DNA of 64,000 bases from an uncultured Planctomycetia bacterium (GTDB lineage: Bacteria; Omnitrophota; Gorgyraeia; Duberdicusellales; 4484-171): assembly GCA_964605645.1 (NCBI GenBank), contig CAZSDJ010000002.1:394-64393 (forward strand), given 5' to 3'. Positions 36,242 through 45,950 of this stretch are shown here, one piece after another (within the stretch, counting starts at the first letter, position 1; the number at the start of each line of letters is the position of its first letter). A program made the position numbers and the translations under genes. The notes below the pieces were generated by a model. The model ran no database searches. It saw nothing but the letters and a program-made list of their open reading frames with translations, and was not told the DNA's origin.

Positions 36242-37300
36242 ATGGAAATTGGTAAAATACGAAAAAAAATAGATAAAATTGACGAACAAATCTTAAAAAA
36301 TTTAAATCAGCGGGCTGAAGAAGTTTTAAAGATATCAAATTTGAAAAAGGAAAAAAAGATAAGAAGGTATTCTCCCGAACGAGAAAGTAAAATTATTAGG
36401 CGCTTGAGCCGGATTAACAAAGGGCCATTTACAAAAAAAGATATACAAAATATATTTGTGGAGATTCTTTCAGCTTCAAGATCTCAAAAAGAACAACTTA
36501 AAATAGCCTATCTTGGCCCGGAAGGTACCTTTACCCATTTGGCAGCAAGAAAAAAATTTGGTAAAAAATGTCAATATTTACCGGCTGAAGGGATCGCTGA
36601 TGTTTTCTCCGGGATAGCCAAAGAAAAGGCAGATTTTGGAGTAGTCCCTGTCGAGAATTCTACAGAAGGGGTGGTAAGCCATACTTTAGATATGTTTTTT
36701 ACTTCAAATTTAAGTATTTGTGCAGAAGTTACTTTAAATATTTCTCATAACCTTCTCGGGCGGAAAAACTGTAAGATAAAAAGAGTTTACTCTAATCCTC
36801 AAGTATTTTCTCAATGCCGAGGTTGGCTTGCTAAAAATTTAGCCGATGTAGAATTGATACCGACAACTTCAACTGCAACTGCGGCAAAAAGAGCAAAAAG
36901 TGACCGCTGGGGCGCTTGCGTTGGAGGAAAAATTTTGGCTGATTTATACAAGCTGGATTGGATAACCGGTTCTATTGAAGATTCATCTTCAAATTATACA
37001 AGGTTTTTAGTTATTGCCCCTTCAGACAGTGATCCTTCCGGAGACGATAAGACTTCGGTATTATTTTCAGTAAAGGATAAAGTGGGGGCACTATATGATG
37101 TGTTATCTTTTTTTCGGCAGAATAAAATAAATCTTACCAAAATTGAATCGCGGCCTTCTAAAAAGAAACCCTGGGAATATTATTTTTTTGTGGATCTCGA
37201 AGGACATAAAAATTCAAAACATCTCAAAAAAGCATTAGATAAATTAAAAGAAAAGTGTATTTTTGTTAAAATTTTAGGATCTTATCCAAAAGAAAAATAA
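36242..37300 (+). CDS. pheA: Chorismate mutase/prephenate dehydratase
   Basis: N-terminal CM domain, YLGPEGTF, PVENSTEG, NYTRF, LTKIESRP. Confidence 0.95.
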   Translation: MEIGKIRKKIDKIDEQILKNLNQRAEEVLKISNLKKEKKIRRYSPERESKIIRRLSRINKGPFTKKDIQNIFVEILSASRSQKEQLKIAYLGPEGTFTHLAARKKFGKKCQYLPAEGIADVFSGIAKEKADFGVVPVENSTEGVVSHTLDMFFTSNLSICAEVTLNISHNLLGRKNCKIKRVYSNPQVFSQCRGWLAKNLADVELIPTTSTATAAKRAKSDRWGACVGGKILADLYKLDWITGSIEDSSSNYTRFLVIAPSDSDPSGDDKTSVLFSVKDKVGALYDVLSFFRQNKINLTKIESRPSKKKPWEYYFFVDLEGHKNSKHLKKALDKLKEKCIFVKILGSYPKEK

Positions 37301-37321
37301 AACTAATTTAAAATATTGAAT

Positions 37322-38410
37322 ATGAAATATCGAAATGAATTAGATAAAGTGAAGGCTTATCAACCCGGTAAACCCATTGAAGAGTTAAAACGAGAAAAAA
37401 AATTGATAAAAATTGATAAATTAGCTTCGAATGAAATTCCTTTTAGGCCCACTTACATTAATAAAGCCGTAAACAAAGAATTAAAAAATATAAACCGTTA
37501 TCCGGAAAGTTCTTGTTTTTACCTAAGGCAAAAATTAGCCAAAAACTTAGATGTAACAACTGATTCGATAGTATTTGGAAATGGATCTGATGAAATTATC
37601 ACATTAGCCCTTAAAACTTTTATAGAAAAACAAGATGAAGTTATTGTAGCTTTTCCCACATTTTTAATTTACCAAATACAATCCCAACTTTTTGGGGCGA
37701 AGGTGGTGAAAATACCTTTAAAGAATTACGTTAATTATTTAGATAAAATTATTGAAAAAATCAATAAAAAAACAAAAATTATTTTTATCGCTAATCCGGA
37801 TAATCCAACCGGGATTTATTTCAATCAAAACCAAATAATGAATTTTATCAGAAAAGTACCTAAGAATATCTTGTTATTTTTTGATGAGGCTTACTTTGAA
37901 TTTGCACCTGATGATTTTCCAAATCTAATTAAATTATTAAAAACCAGAAAGAATATATTAGTAACCAGAACTTTTTCAAAAGCTTACGGCTTAGCCGGCT
38001 TGAGGATCGGTTACGCTGTAACCGGTAAAAAAATAGCAGAACTGCTTAATAAGGTACGTGAACCTTTTAATATAAATAGAATTGCCCAAGTTGCAGCTCA
38101 AGCTGCTTTAGAAAATAAAGATTTTGCTAAAAAAATAGTTAACTTTACAAACAAGGAGAAGAATTATTTTTATAAAAGTTTTGATCGTTTAAATATTAGT
38201 TATCAAAGAAGTGCAACTAACTTTATTTTAGTTAATTTTAAAAAAAATACCAAAAAACTTTATCAATATATGTTAAATAATGGTGTAATTGTGAGAGAAT
38301 TAAGTAGGTGGGGCCTGACTAATTATTTTCGAGTTACCGTCGGCACCAATCTACAAAATAAAAATTTTATTAAACTTCTTAAAAATTATGCGGGGAGGAA
38401 AAAGAGATGA
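37322..38410 (+). CDS. hisC: Histidinol-phosphate aminotransferase
   Basis: YQPGKP, KLASNE, GNGSDE, DEAY, RTFSKAYGLAGLRIGY. Confidence 0.93.
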   Translation: MKYRNELDKVKAYQPGKPIEELKREKKLIKIDKLASNEIPFRPTYINKAVNKELKNINRYPESSCFYLRQKLAKNLDVTTDSIVFGNGSDEIITLALKTFIEKQDEVIVAFPTFLIYQIQSQLFGAKVVKIPLKNYVNYLDKIIEKINKKTKIIFIANPDNPTGIYFNQNQIMNFIRKVPKNILLFFDEAYFEFAPDDFPNLIKLLKTRKNILVTRTFSKAYGLAGLRIGYAVTGKKIAELLNKVREPFNINRIAQVAAQAALENKDFAKKIVNFTNKEKNYFYKSFDRLNISYQRSATNFILVNFKKNTKKLYQYMLNNGVIVRELSRWGLTNYFRVTVGTNLQNKNFIKLLKNYAGRKKR

Positions 38411-39423
38411 TTATTGTTTTAAAAAAAGGCACAGAGCAGAAAGATATTGATAATTTACTTAAAAAAGTGAAGAGTTTAGGTTTGAAACCGATGGTATCTA
38501 AAGGACAAGAACGAACAATTGTAGGGGTGATCGGCCCGGAAGATGTTATCCGGCTTCAGCCACTAGAAGCTTATCCCGGTGTTGATAAAGTTATGCCGGT
38601 ATTGGCACCTTACAAATTAGTTTCTCGGGAATTTAAACAGCAAAATAGTGTGATTAAAATTAAAGATTCAGTTGAATTTGGCGCAAAAAAAATAAATATT
38701 GTTGCCGGCCCTTGTTCAATTGAGACAAAAGAATCACTGGAGGCGGTGGCAAAAAGTATAAAAATGATGGGTGGATCTTTGGTTCGGGGCGGAGCTTTTA
38801 AACCGAGAACTTCTCCCTATAGTTTTCAAGGACTGGGAGAAGAGGGTTTGAAAATTTTGCAAGGGGTATCAGAACAGTTTGATATGCCTACTGTAACTGA
38901 AGTTATGGATACCAGAGATGTTGAATTAGTGGCTCGTTATGCTGATGTATTGCAGATTGGTGCAAGAAATATGCAGAATTTTAATCTTTTGAAAGAAGTC
39001 GGCCAAACTAAAAAACCAATTATCTTAAAAAGAGGATTGTCGGCTACCGTCAAAGAACTTTTGATGAGTGCAGAATATATTTTATCCGAGGGTAATTTTA
39101 ACGTAATTTTATGTGAAAGGGGTGTTAGAACTTTTAGTGAATTTACCCGCAACACTTTAGATATAAGTGCTGTCCCGGTTATCAAGATGCTTTCACACCT
39201 TCCGGTAATTGTCGATCCTTCTCATGCTGCCGGCAAGTGGGGTTTGGTCAATCCTTTAAGTAAAGCTGCGGTGGCAGCCGGTGCCGATGGCCTTTTAGTT
39301 GAGGTTCACCCTAATCCTAAGGAAGCTTTAAGCGATGGCCCTCAGCAATTGTTGCCGGAAAATTTTAATGTTTTAGTTAAGGAAGTAAGAAAAGTCGCTG
39401 AAGCTGTGGGAAGAGAGTTATAA
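38407..39423 (+). CDS. aroF: DAHP synthase (type I-beta, N-terminal regulatory domain)
   Basis: AGPCSIE, GGAFKPRTSPYSFQG, IGARNMQNF, DPSH. Confidence 0.93.
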   Translation: MIIVLKKGTEQKDIDNLLKKVKSLGLKPMVSKGQERTIVGVIGPEDVIRLQPLEAYPGVDKVMPVLAPYKLVSREFKQQNSVIKIKDSVEFGAKKINIVAGPCSIETKESLEAVAKSIKMMGGSLVRGGAFKPRTSPYSFQGLGEEGLKILQGVSEQFDMPTVTEVMDTRDVELVARYADVLQIGARNMQNFNLLKEVGQTKKPIILKRGLSATVKELLMSAEYILSEGNFNVILCERGVRTFSEFTRNTLDISAVPVIKMLSHLPVIVDPSHAAGKWGLVNPLSKAAVAAGADGLLVEVHPNPKEALSDGPQQLLPENFNVLVKEVRKVAEAVGREL

Positions 39424-39425
39424 AT

Positions 39426-39460
39426 TAGTCCATAGTCCAAAGTCCTATGTCCAAAGTCAA
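39426..39460 (+). repeat. 5-unit GTCC heptamer left arm after the aroF stop
   Basis: TAGTCCA TAGTCCA AAGTCCT ATGTCCA AAGTCAA. Confidence 0.88.
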
Positions 39461-39473
39461 TATTAGAAATGAT

Positions 39474-40310
39474 ATGGAGTTGAAGCAAGTTAAAAAAGTT
39501 GGGGTTATCGGAGTTGGTTTAATGGGGGGCTCTTTAGCCTTGGCTCTTAAGAAAAGTTTCAATAATTTTGAGATTATAGGCCATGCCAGAAGCGATAAAA
39601 CATTTAGGCGCCTTAGAAAAGCAAAGGTCTTAGATAGGATTGAAAGGTCTGATAAAAAAATTGCTCAAGAAGCGGATATTCTAATTTTAGCTACTCCGGT
39701 GGGGATAATTATTGATCTTTTAAAGAAATTAGCTCCTCACCTTAAAAAAGGAGCAATTGTTTTTGATTTAGGAAGCAGTAAAAAAGAAATAGAAAAAATA
39801 GCTAAAAGCAATCTTTCTAAAGGAGTTTATTTTGTGGGTTGCCATCCTTTTTGCGGTTCAGAAAAAAAAGGAGTTGCCAGAGCCAGAGGGGATCTTTACC
39901 AAGATTCAATATGCTTTATAACTTCAAAAAATAAAGCAACACCGGTAGTTTCCAAAATTTGGAAAAAAATTGGTGCTATTGTTATTCAAGTAAACTCAAA
40001 AGCTCATGATAAAATTACTTGTTTTCTTTCGCACCTACCTCATCTTATTTGTTTTTCTTTGCTGAATACAGTACCGAATAATTATTTAAATTTCAGTTCG
40101 TCAGGTTTTCGTGATTTTACCAGAATCGGTTCTTCTTCCGATAGCCTTTGGACCGATATTTTTTTAACCAACAAAAAAGAAATATTAAAAAGTATAAATA
40201 AAACAAAAAAAGAAATAGGTAAATTTACTAAAGCAATTAAAACAGAAGACCGGAAAAAAATAAAAATATTAATAAAGAAAGCAAACAGAAAAAGAACTAA
40301 AGTTTTATGA
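39474..40310 (+). CDS. tyrA: Prephenate dehydrogenase
   Basis: GVGLMGGS, DLGSSK, HPFCGSE, SHLPH, GFRDFTRI; the upstream ATG 39447 lies inside a repeat. Confidence 0.92.
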   Translation: MELKQVKKVGVIGVGLMGGSLALALKKSFNNFEIIGHARSDKTFRRLRKAKVLDRIERSDKKIAQEADILILATPVGIIIDLLKKLAPHLKKGAIVFDLGSSKKEIEKIAKSNLSKGVYFVGCHPFCGSEKKGVARARGDLYQDSICFITSKNKATPVVSKIWKKIGAIVIQVNSKAHDKITCFLSHLPHLICFSLLNTVPNNYLNFSSSGFRDFTRIGSSSDSLWTDIFLTNKKEILKSINKTKKEIGKFTKAIKTEDRKKIKILIKKANRKRTKVL

Positions 40311-40960
40311 TTGTAGCAATAGATGGGCCGGCAGGTTCAGGTAAAACTACTGTAGCAAGAAGGTTAGCTAAAAGATTAGGTTTTGCTTTCCTCGATACGG
40401 GGGCAACTTACCGGGCTTTAACTTATTCTGCTTTGGAAAAAAATATCAACCTGGAAGTTGAAGAAAAATTAGCTGATTTGGCAGCCAATCTCAATTTAAA
40501 GATAGAAGACAATAAAATATATCTGTACGACAATGATATCAGTAAGGAAATTCGTAAATCAAGAATTGATAAAAATATTTCAAAAATAGTTAGTTTTGAG
40601 AAAGTGCGGAAAGTGATGAGCTCACTGCAAAGGCGAGAAGCTTCCGATAAAGATTGTGTGATAGAAGGCAGGGATATTACAACTGTAGTTTTTCCCGATG
40701 CAGAATTTAAATTTTATCTGGACGCTGATCAAAAGATCCGGGCTAAAAGAAGAATCCATCAATTGTTGGAAGAAGGAGAGGCTGTAAATTCAGAAGAGGT
40801 TGAAGCCGATCTGATAAAAAGAGACAATGCAGATAAAAACCGCAAAGTAGGATCTCTTCAATTAACCAAAGAAACTCGTTATATTGATACTACAAAGTTA
40901 TTAATTCCAGAAGTTATTGAAAAGTTATACGGGATAGTTAGCCAGAGATTTCAAAAGTAA
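40307..40960 (+). CDS. cmk: Cytidylate kinase
   Basis: AIDGPAGSGKTT, LDTGATYR, EGRDITTVVFPDA. Confidence 0.95.
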   Translation: MIVAIDGPAGSGKTTVARRLAKRLGFAFLDTGATYRALTYSALEKNINLEVEEKLADLAANLNLKIEDNKIYLYDNDISKEIRKSRIDKNISKIVSFEKVRKVMSSLQRREASDKDCVIEGRDITTVVFPDAEFKFYLDADQKIRAKRRIHQLLEEGEAVNSEEVEADLIKRDNADKNRKVGSLQLTKETRYIDTTKLLIPEVIEKLYGIVSQRFQK

Positions 40961-40996
40961 TTGAACTTGCCAATTGCTGATAAATAAGTAAAAAAG

Positions 40997-42793
40997 ATGA
41001 ATCAAATAAATAAAATTAGAAATTTTTGTATTATTGCTCATATTGATCATGGCAAATCTACTTTGGCTGATCGATTTTTAGAAATAGCCGGTACTATCGG
41101 AAAAGGTAAAATTGCTCAGCAAATGTTAGATAGCATGGAACTGGAAAGGGAAAGAGGGATAACCATCAAAGCAAAAGCAGTGCGATTGATTTACTCAGCG
41201 GGCGGGATCAGTTACATTTTAAATTTGATTGATACCCCCGGCCATGTTGATTTTAGTTATGAGGTAGCAAAATCTCTTAAAGGCTGTGAAGGAGCGATTC
41301 TTTTGGTTGATGCGGCTCAAGGGATTGAAGCTCAAACAGTAGCTAATTTTCATCTTGCTTTAGAAAGTAATTTAAAAATCATACCGGTTCTGAATAAAAT
41401 TGATTTACCGGGAGCAGATCCTGAAAAAATTTATCGGCAACTATTTGATATTTTTGGTTTTAGGCGAGAAGAGATTTTAGCAGTATCTGCCAAAGATGGA
41501 ACCGGGGTGAAACATTTGTTAAATAAAATAATTGAAGAGGTTCCATCTCCCTCTGGAAACATTAGTGATCCGGTTAAAGCCGTGCTTTTTGATTCTGCCT
41601 ACGACCTATACAAAGGAGTTATACTTTTTGTACGTGTTTTTGACGGTAAAATTAAATTAGGAGATAAAATTTTATTGATGTACCAAAACAAAGAGTACCG
41701 GGTGGAAGAAATGGGGATATTCTGTCCGGAACCGCTAAAAAAAGAAAGTCTGGCTTGCGGCCAAGTTGGTTATGTTTGTTGTAATATAAAAAATCCTAAT
41801 GAAATTGATGTAGGAGACACCATAACATTGAGTGCTAAGCCGGCTGCTACTCCTTTTGAAGGGTATAAAAAAATGTCACCTATGGTTTTTGCAGGGATTT
41901 TTCCTTCTTCTTCACAAGATTATGAGGGTTTGCGGAAAGCAATTGAAAAATTAAACCTTTCCGACTCTTCTTTTAGTTATGAGCCGGATAGTTTAGGGAG
42001 TTTAGGCTATGGTTTTCGCTGTGGTTTTTTAGGCCTTCTCCACATGGATATAGTTCAAGAAAGATTGGAAAGAGAATATAATCTGGATTTAATAGTCACA
42101 TCACCCAGTGTTAAGTATAAAATAAAACGAAAAGGAGAAACCAAAACCGAAGAAATCGAAAGTGCCCATCAATTCCCGGATCAACAAGAAGTTGAAGAAG
42201 CTTATGAACCGTATGTTTCTGCGGCGATTATGGCGCCGGTTGATTTTATTGATCCCGTCTGTGATTTGGCTAAATCAAAAAGAGGGAATTTTGTAAAAAT
42301 GGATTATTTAGGAAAAGACCGGTTGAATATTGTATTTGAAATACCATTATCGGAGATAGTTATTGATTTTTATGATAAAATAAAATCTGTTACTCGCGGC
42401 TACGGTTCCTTTGATTACCAGTTTATAGGGTACAAAAAAACAGATATTGTCCAATTAGATATTTTGTTTAATCAAAAGAAAGTGGATGCTTTTTCACTTT
42501 TAGTACATAGTAGCAAAGCCGAAAGCAAAGGTAGAGCAGTTGCGGAAAGGTTAAAAGAATTGATACCGCGTCAGATGTATGAAGTTAAAGTTCAGGCTGC
42601 AATTGGTTCAAAAATTATTGCATCCACTAAAGTTCGGGCTATGAAAAAGAATGTTACTGCCAAGTGCTACGGAGGCGATGTAACTCGAAAAAGAAAACTT
42701 TGGGAAAAGCAGAAACAAGGTAAAAAGAAAATGAAACAATTAGGCAATGTTTCTGTACCAAGGGAAGCATTTCTCGAAGTTTTAAAAATGTAG
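40997..42793 (+). CDS. lepA: Elongation factor 4 LepA
   Basis: IRNFCIIAHIDHGKSTLADR, GFRCGFLGLLH, KCYGGDVTRKRKL. Confidence 0.97.
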   Translation: MNQINKIRNFCIIAHIDHGKSTLADRFLEIAGTIGKGKIAQQMLDSMELERERGITIKAKAVRLIYSAGGISYILNLIDTPGHVDFSYEVAKSLKGCEGAILLVDAAQGIEAQTVANFHLALESNLKIIPVLNKIDLPGADPEKIYRQLFDIFGFRREEILAVSAKDGTGVKHLLNKIIEEVPSPSGNISDPVKAVLFDSAYDLYKGVILFVRVFDGKIKLGDKILLMYQNKEYRVEEMGIFCPEPLKKESLACGQVGYVCCNIKNPNEIDVGDTITLSAKPAATPFEGYKKMSPMVFAGIFPSSSQDYEGLRKAIEKLNLSDSSFSYEPDSLGSLGYGFRCGFLGLLHMDIVQERLEREYNLDLIVTSPSVKYKIKRKGETKTEEIESAHQFPDQQEVEEAYEPYVSAAIMAPVDFIDPVCDLAKSKRGNFVKMDYLGKDRLNIVFEIPLSEIVIDFYDKIKSVTRGYGSFDYQFIGYKKTDIVQLDILFNQKKVDAFSLLVHSSKAESKGRAVAERLKELIPRQMYEVKVQAAIGSKIIASTKVRAMKKNVTAKCYGGDVTRKRKLWEKQKQGKKKMKQLGNVSVPREAFLEVLKM

Positions 42794-42801
42794 GAGAAAA
42801 A

Positions 42802-43386
42802 ATGAAAAAAGGTGCATTAAGAGAGTGGATTGAATCAATAGTTGTTGCAGCGATTTTGGTAATAATTTTAAAAATGTTTTTCTTTCAAATGTATAAAATC
42901 CCTACTACTTCAATGGTTCCCACTTTGATGCCGGGAGATAAAATTTTTGTCAGTAAATTAAGTTATGGGCCAAAGCTCCCGTTTAGTTTATTGCGCTTGC
43001 CCGGATTTAGTAAGGTTAAGAGAGGAGATGTAATTGTTTTTGTTCCGCCGGATGAAGTCAATCAGCCATGGTACAGGCGGAAACCTTATATAAAAAGAGT
43101 TATTGGCTTACCGGGAGAGATGGTGCAGATAAAAAAAGGAAATATCAGGATTAATGATCAAGAAATTTTAATGCCGGAGATTGCTGCGTTTTTTTATTAT
43201 AATCAAGGCAAATACGGAGATTTAGAAAAAAAAGTAATTGTTCCCCAAGATAAATATTTTTGTTTAGGCGATAATAGCATTAGTTCCAAGGATAGCCGCT
43301 ATTGGGGGTTTGTAGATCAAGAACAAATTATTGGGGAAGCACTTTTTATTTGGTGGCCGCCAAAAAGAATCGGGATGATTGAATGA
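42802..43386 (+). CDS. lepB: Signal peptidase I
   Basis: IPTTSMVPTL, YIKRVIGLPG, GDNSISSKDSRYWG. Confidence 0.95.
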   Translation: MKKGALREWIESIVVAAILVIILKMFFFQMYKIPTTSMVPTLMPGDKIFVSKLSYGPKLPFSLLRLPGFSKVKRGDVIVFVPPDEVNQPWYRRKPYIKRVIGLPGEMVQIKKGNIRINDQEILMPEIAAFFYYNQGKYGDLEKKVIVPQDKYFCLGDNSISSKDSRYWGFVDQEQIIGEALFIWWPPKRIGMIE

Positions 43387-43700
43387 TTAAAAGTCCAAAG
43401 TCCAAAGTCCAAAGTCCAAAGTCAATAAAAGAGATTAGTTTACTTTTTATAATAGGTTTGTTTTTAATTGGTTGCATTAGAACTCAGGAATATATTTATC
43501 AAGAGGATGCTTTTAAGAAAGTTGAAGAAGTTGAAGGACAGCCGGAAGAAAAGTTAGAAATTGGCCAAGAAAAATGGATGGATATTTATTTCGAAGAAAA
43601 TAATTTTATTATGCAGTGTCCGGTTTGTATGAGAAGATATCCGGGCAATGTAGAAAAATGTCCTTATGATGGGGCAAATTTAGATAAAATTAAGGAGTAA
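43383..43700 (+). CDS. Putative lipoprotein with C-terminal zinc-ribbon motif
   Basis: Lipobox LIGC, CPVC-x10-CPYDG; ATG overlaps the lepB stop. Confidence 0.7.
   Translation: MIKSPKSKVQSPKSIKEISLLFIIGLFLIGCIRTQEYIYQEDAFKKVEEVEGQPEEKLEIGQEKWMDIYFEENNFIMQCPVCMRRYPGNVEKCPYDGANLDKIKE
43391..43425 (+). repeat. 5-unit heptamer array (AAGTCCA)4 AAGTCAA inside the lipoprotein signal peptide
   Basis: Perfect tandem repeat translated as KSPKSKVQSPKS. Confidence 0.92.
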
Positions 43701-43723
43701 CTTTTAACCTATGAGGTGTAAAA

Positions 43724-44275
43724 ATGAGTTTTGCCGATAAGATTAGTTCGATTAGGATAATTCTTATCCCGGTTTTTGTATCATTGCTTATTTATTCCGG
43801 CAACCATCCTCAGCTGAGATATTTTGCAGTTGCAGTTTTTATCTTAGCAATTTTAACAGATTTTTTTGATGGGATGGTGGCTAGGATAAAAAAAGAAAAA
43901 TCAGAACTAGGGCAAATTATTGATCCTTTAGCAGATAAGCTCCTTCTCTTAACTGCTTTTATAACGTTATTATTGCTTAATCAATACTCCATGTATCTAT
44001 GGTTAGTTTTGATTGTAGTAAGCAGAGATTTGATTATTTCCTTTGGTTTTGGGATTTTAAAAATGCTTAATATTGAGGTAAAAATTTCTCCCTCATCTTG
44101 GGGTAAAATCACTACTTTTTCTCAAATGATTACAATTCTTTGGATTTTATTGCAAATACCTTATTATTTTTATATTTCACTGGTAGCGGCGGGTTTTACT
44201 TTAATTTCGGGATTAGATTATTTTTTAAGAGGTATAAAGGCATTAAATGCTAAAGCTAATTCTTCCCATAGCTAG
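43724..44275 (+). CDS. pgsA: CDP-alcohol phosphatidyltransferase (PgsA-like)
   Basis: TDFFDGMVAR...LGQIIDPLADK motif. Confidence 0.85.
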   Translation: MSFADKISSIRIILIPVFVSLLIYSGNHPQLRYFAVAVFILAILTDFFDGMVARIKKEKSELGQIIDPLADKLLLLTAFITLLLLNQYSMYLWLVLIVVSRDLIISFGFGILKMLNIEVKISPSSWGKITTFSQMITILWILLQIPYYFYISLVAAGFTLISGLDYFLRGIKALNAKANSSHS

Positions 44276-44846
44276 TTTTTTATTGGGGGCTATCCCTTTC
44301 GGTTATTTAGTCTCATACTTTGTAAAAGGGGTTGATATTCGAAAATATGGTTCAGGTAATGTGGGTGCAACTAATGTTTTTCGAGTAGTAGGCGAAGGCT
44401 GGGGGATTTTAGTTTTTGTCTTAGATTTTTTAAAAGGTTTTATTGTTCTTTTTTTAACTTATCAATTAGGCAGTTTTGGGCTGTATTTTTTAATTTTAAT
44501 TGGTGTATTGGCAATTCTCGGCCACAATTGGACTCCTTTTTTACAATTTAAAGGCGGAAAAGGAGTGGCTACCAGTTTAGGGGTTTTATTTGCATTATCT
44601 TTTTCTTTTTCTTCTTTAAAAATGATTATACCGGCTGCTTTGTTAGTTTGGATTATTGCATTTTTATTGTTGCGAATTGTTTCGGCTGCATCTCTTTTAG
44701 CTAGTTTTTCTTTTTTAATTTTATCTTTATTATTAGCTGAGATAATTCAGGTAAAAATTCTAGCTGTTTTGCTTTTTTTATTTATTGTAATCAGGCATAA
44801 AAGTAATCTAAGGCGAATATTAAAAGGAAAAGAAAATAAATTTTAA
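44247..44846 (+). CDS. plsY: Glycerol-3-phosphate acyltransferase PlsY
   Basis: GSGNVGATN, LGHNW, FKGGKGVAT, RHKSNL. Confidence 0.95.
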   Translation: MLKLILPIASFLLGAIPFGYLVSYFVKGVDIRKYGSGNVGATNVFRVVGEGWGILVFVLDFLKGFIVLFLTYQLGSFGLYFLILIGVLAILGHNWTPFLQFKGGKGVATSLGVLFALSFSFSSLKMIIPAALLVWIIAFLLLRIVSAASLLASFSFLILSLLLAEIIQVKILAVLLFLFIVIRHKSNLRRILKGKENKF

Positions 44847-44857
44847 TCTTGTGGAAT

Positions 44858-44886
44858 TTGACACTCTTATTTTAGAAGAGTATAAT
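44858..44886 (+). promoter_or_regulatory. Consensus sigma70 promoter of recA with palindromic spacer
   Basis: TTGACA-N17-TATAAT; ACTCTT-N7-AAGAGT at 44863-44881. Confidence 0.85.
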
Positions 44887-44921
44887 TCAAATGAAACTCA
44901 AACTTATGAATGGAGGTAACT

Positions 44922-45950
44922 ATGAGCCAGAAAAAAACCAATAATCAAGACAGTAAAAAGAAAGCACTTAATCTTGCTCTTTCACAAATTGAGAAACAAT
45001 TTGGCAAGGGGGCGATTATGAGGATGGGAGAGGGGCGCAGTTTAGATGTAGCGGTGATACCTACGGGGATATACTCTTTAGATGAAGCATTGGGTGCAGG
45101 AGGCTTGCCGCGAGGCAGAGCGATGGAGATTTACGGGCCGGAAGGCTCCGGCAAAACCACACTTACTTTAAGTATTATTGCGCAAGCCCAAACTAACGAG
45201 GGGGTTGCTGCTTTTATCGATGCTGAACATAGCTTTGACCCGAAATACGCAAAATTAATTGGATTAAATTTAGAGGATCTTTTAATTTCGCAGCCGGATA
45301 CCGGTGAACAAGCTTTAGATATAGTGGAAGCTTTAGTGCGTTCAAATGCAGTGGATATGATTGTAATTGATTCAGTAGCAGCACTTGTGCCGAAAGCTGA
45401 GATTGAAGGGCAAATGGGGGATTCTCAAATTGCCTTACAAGCTAGATTAATGAGTCAAGCTATGCGCAAACTAACTGCAGTTGTAAGTAAGTCCAAAACT
45501 TGTGTTGTTTTCATCAACCAAATTAGAGAAAAGATTGGTGTAATGTTTGGTTCGCCGGAAGTTACACCCGGAGGAAGAGCATTAAAATTTTATTCATCAG
45601 TCAGGATTGATCTTCGAAAAAGAGCAACCCTGACGACCAGCGAAGGAGTTGTCGGGATGAGGGTTAGGGCAAAAATTGTAAAAAATAAAGTCGCACCGCC
45701 GTTTCGAGAAGCAATGTTTGAAATCATGTTTGATGAAGGGGTTTCTAAAACGGGTGCATTAATTGATGCGGCGATGGAAAAAGGGATATTAACGCAATCG
45801 GGAAGCTGGTTTTCCTGGGGCGATAAAAATATTGCCCAAGGTAAAGAAAAATTACGCAAAACTCTAAAAGAAGACAAACAGTTAAAAGAAAAATTAGAAC
45901 AAGAATTAACTAAAGTGGCCACAGCCGGGAAAGAAGAAAAGGAGGCCTAA
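44922..45950 (+). CDS. recA: Recombinase A
   Basis: [44 protein letters not shown]. Confidence 0.98.
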   Translation: MSQKKTNNQDSKKKALNLALSQIEKQFGKGAIMRMGEGRSLDVAVIPTGIYSLDEALGAGGLPRGRAMEIYGPEGSGKTTLTLSIIAQAQTNEGVAAFIDAEHSFDPKYAKLIGLNLEDLLISQPDTGEQALDIVEALVRSNAVDMIVIDSVAALVPKAEIEGQMGDSQIALQARLMSQAMRKLTAVVSKSKTCVVFINQIREKIGVMFGSPEVTPGGRALKFYSSVRIDLRKRATLTTSEGVVGMRVRAKIVKNKVAPPFREAMFEIMFDEGVSKTGALIDAAMEKGILTQSGSWFSWGDKNIAQGKEKLRKTLKEDKQLKEKLEQELTKVATAGKEEKEA

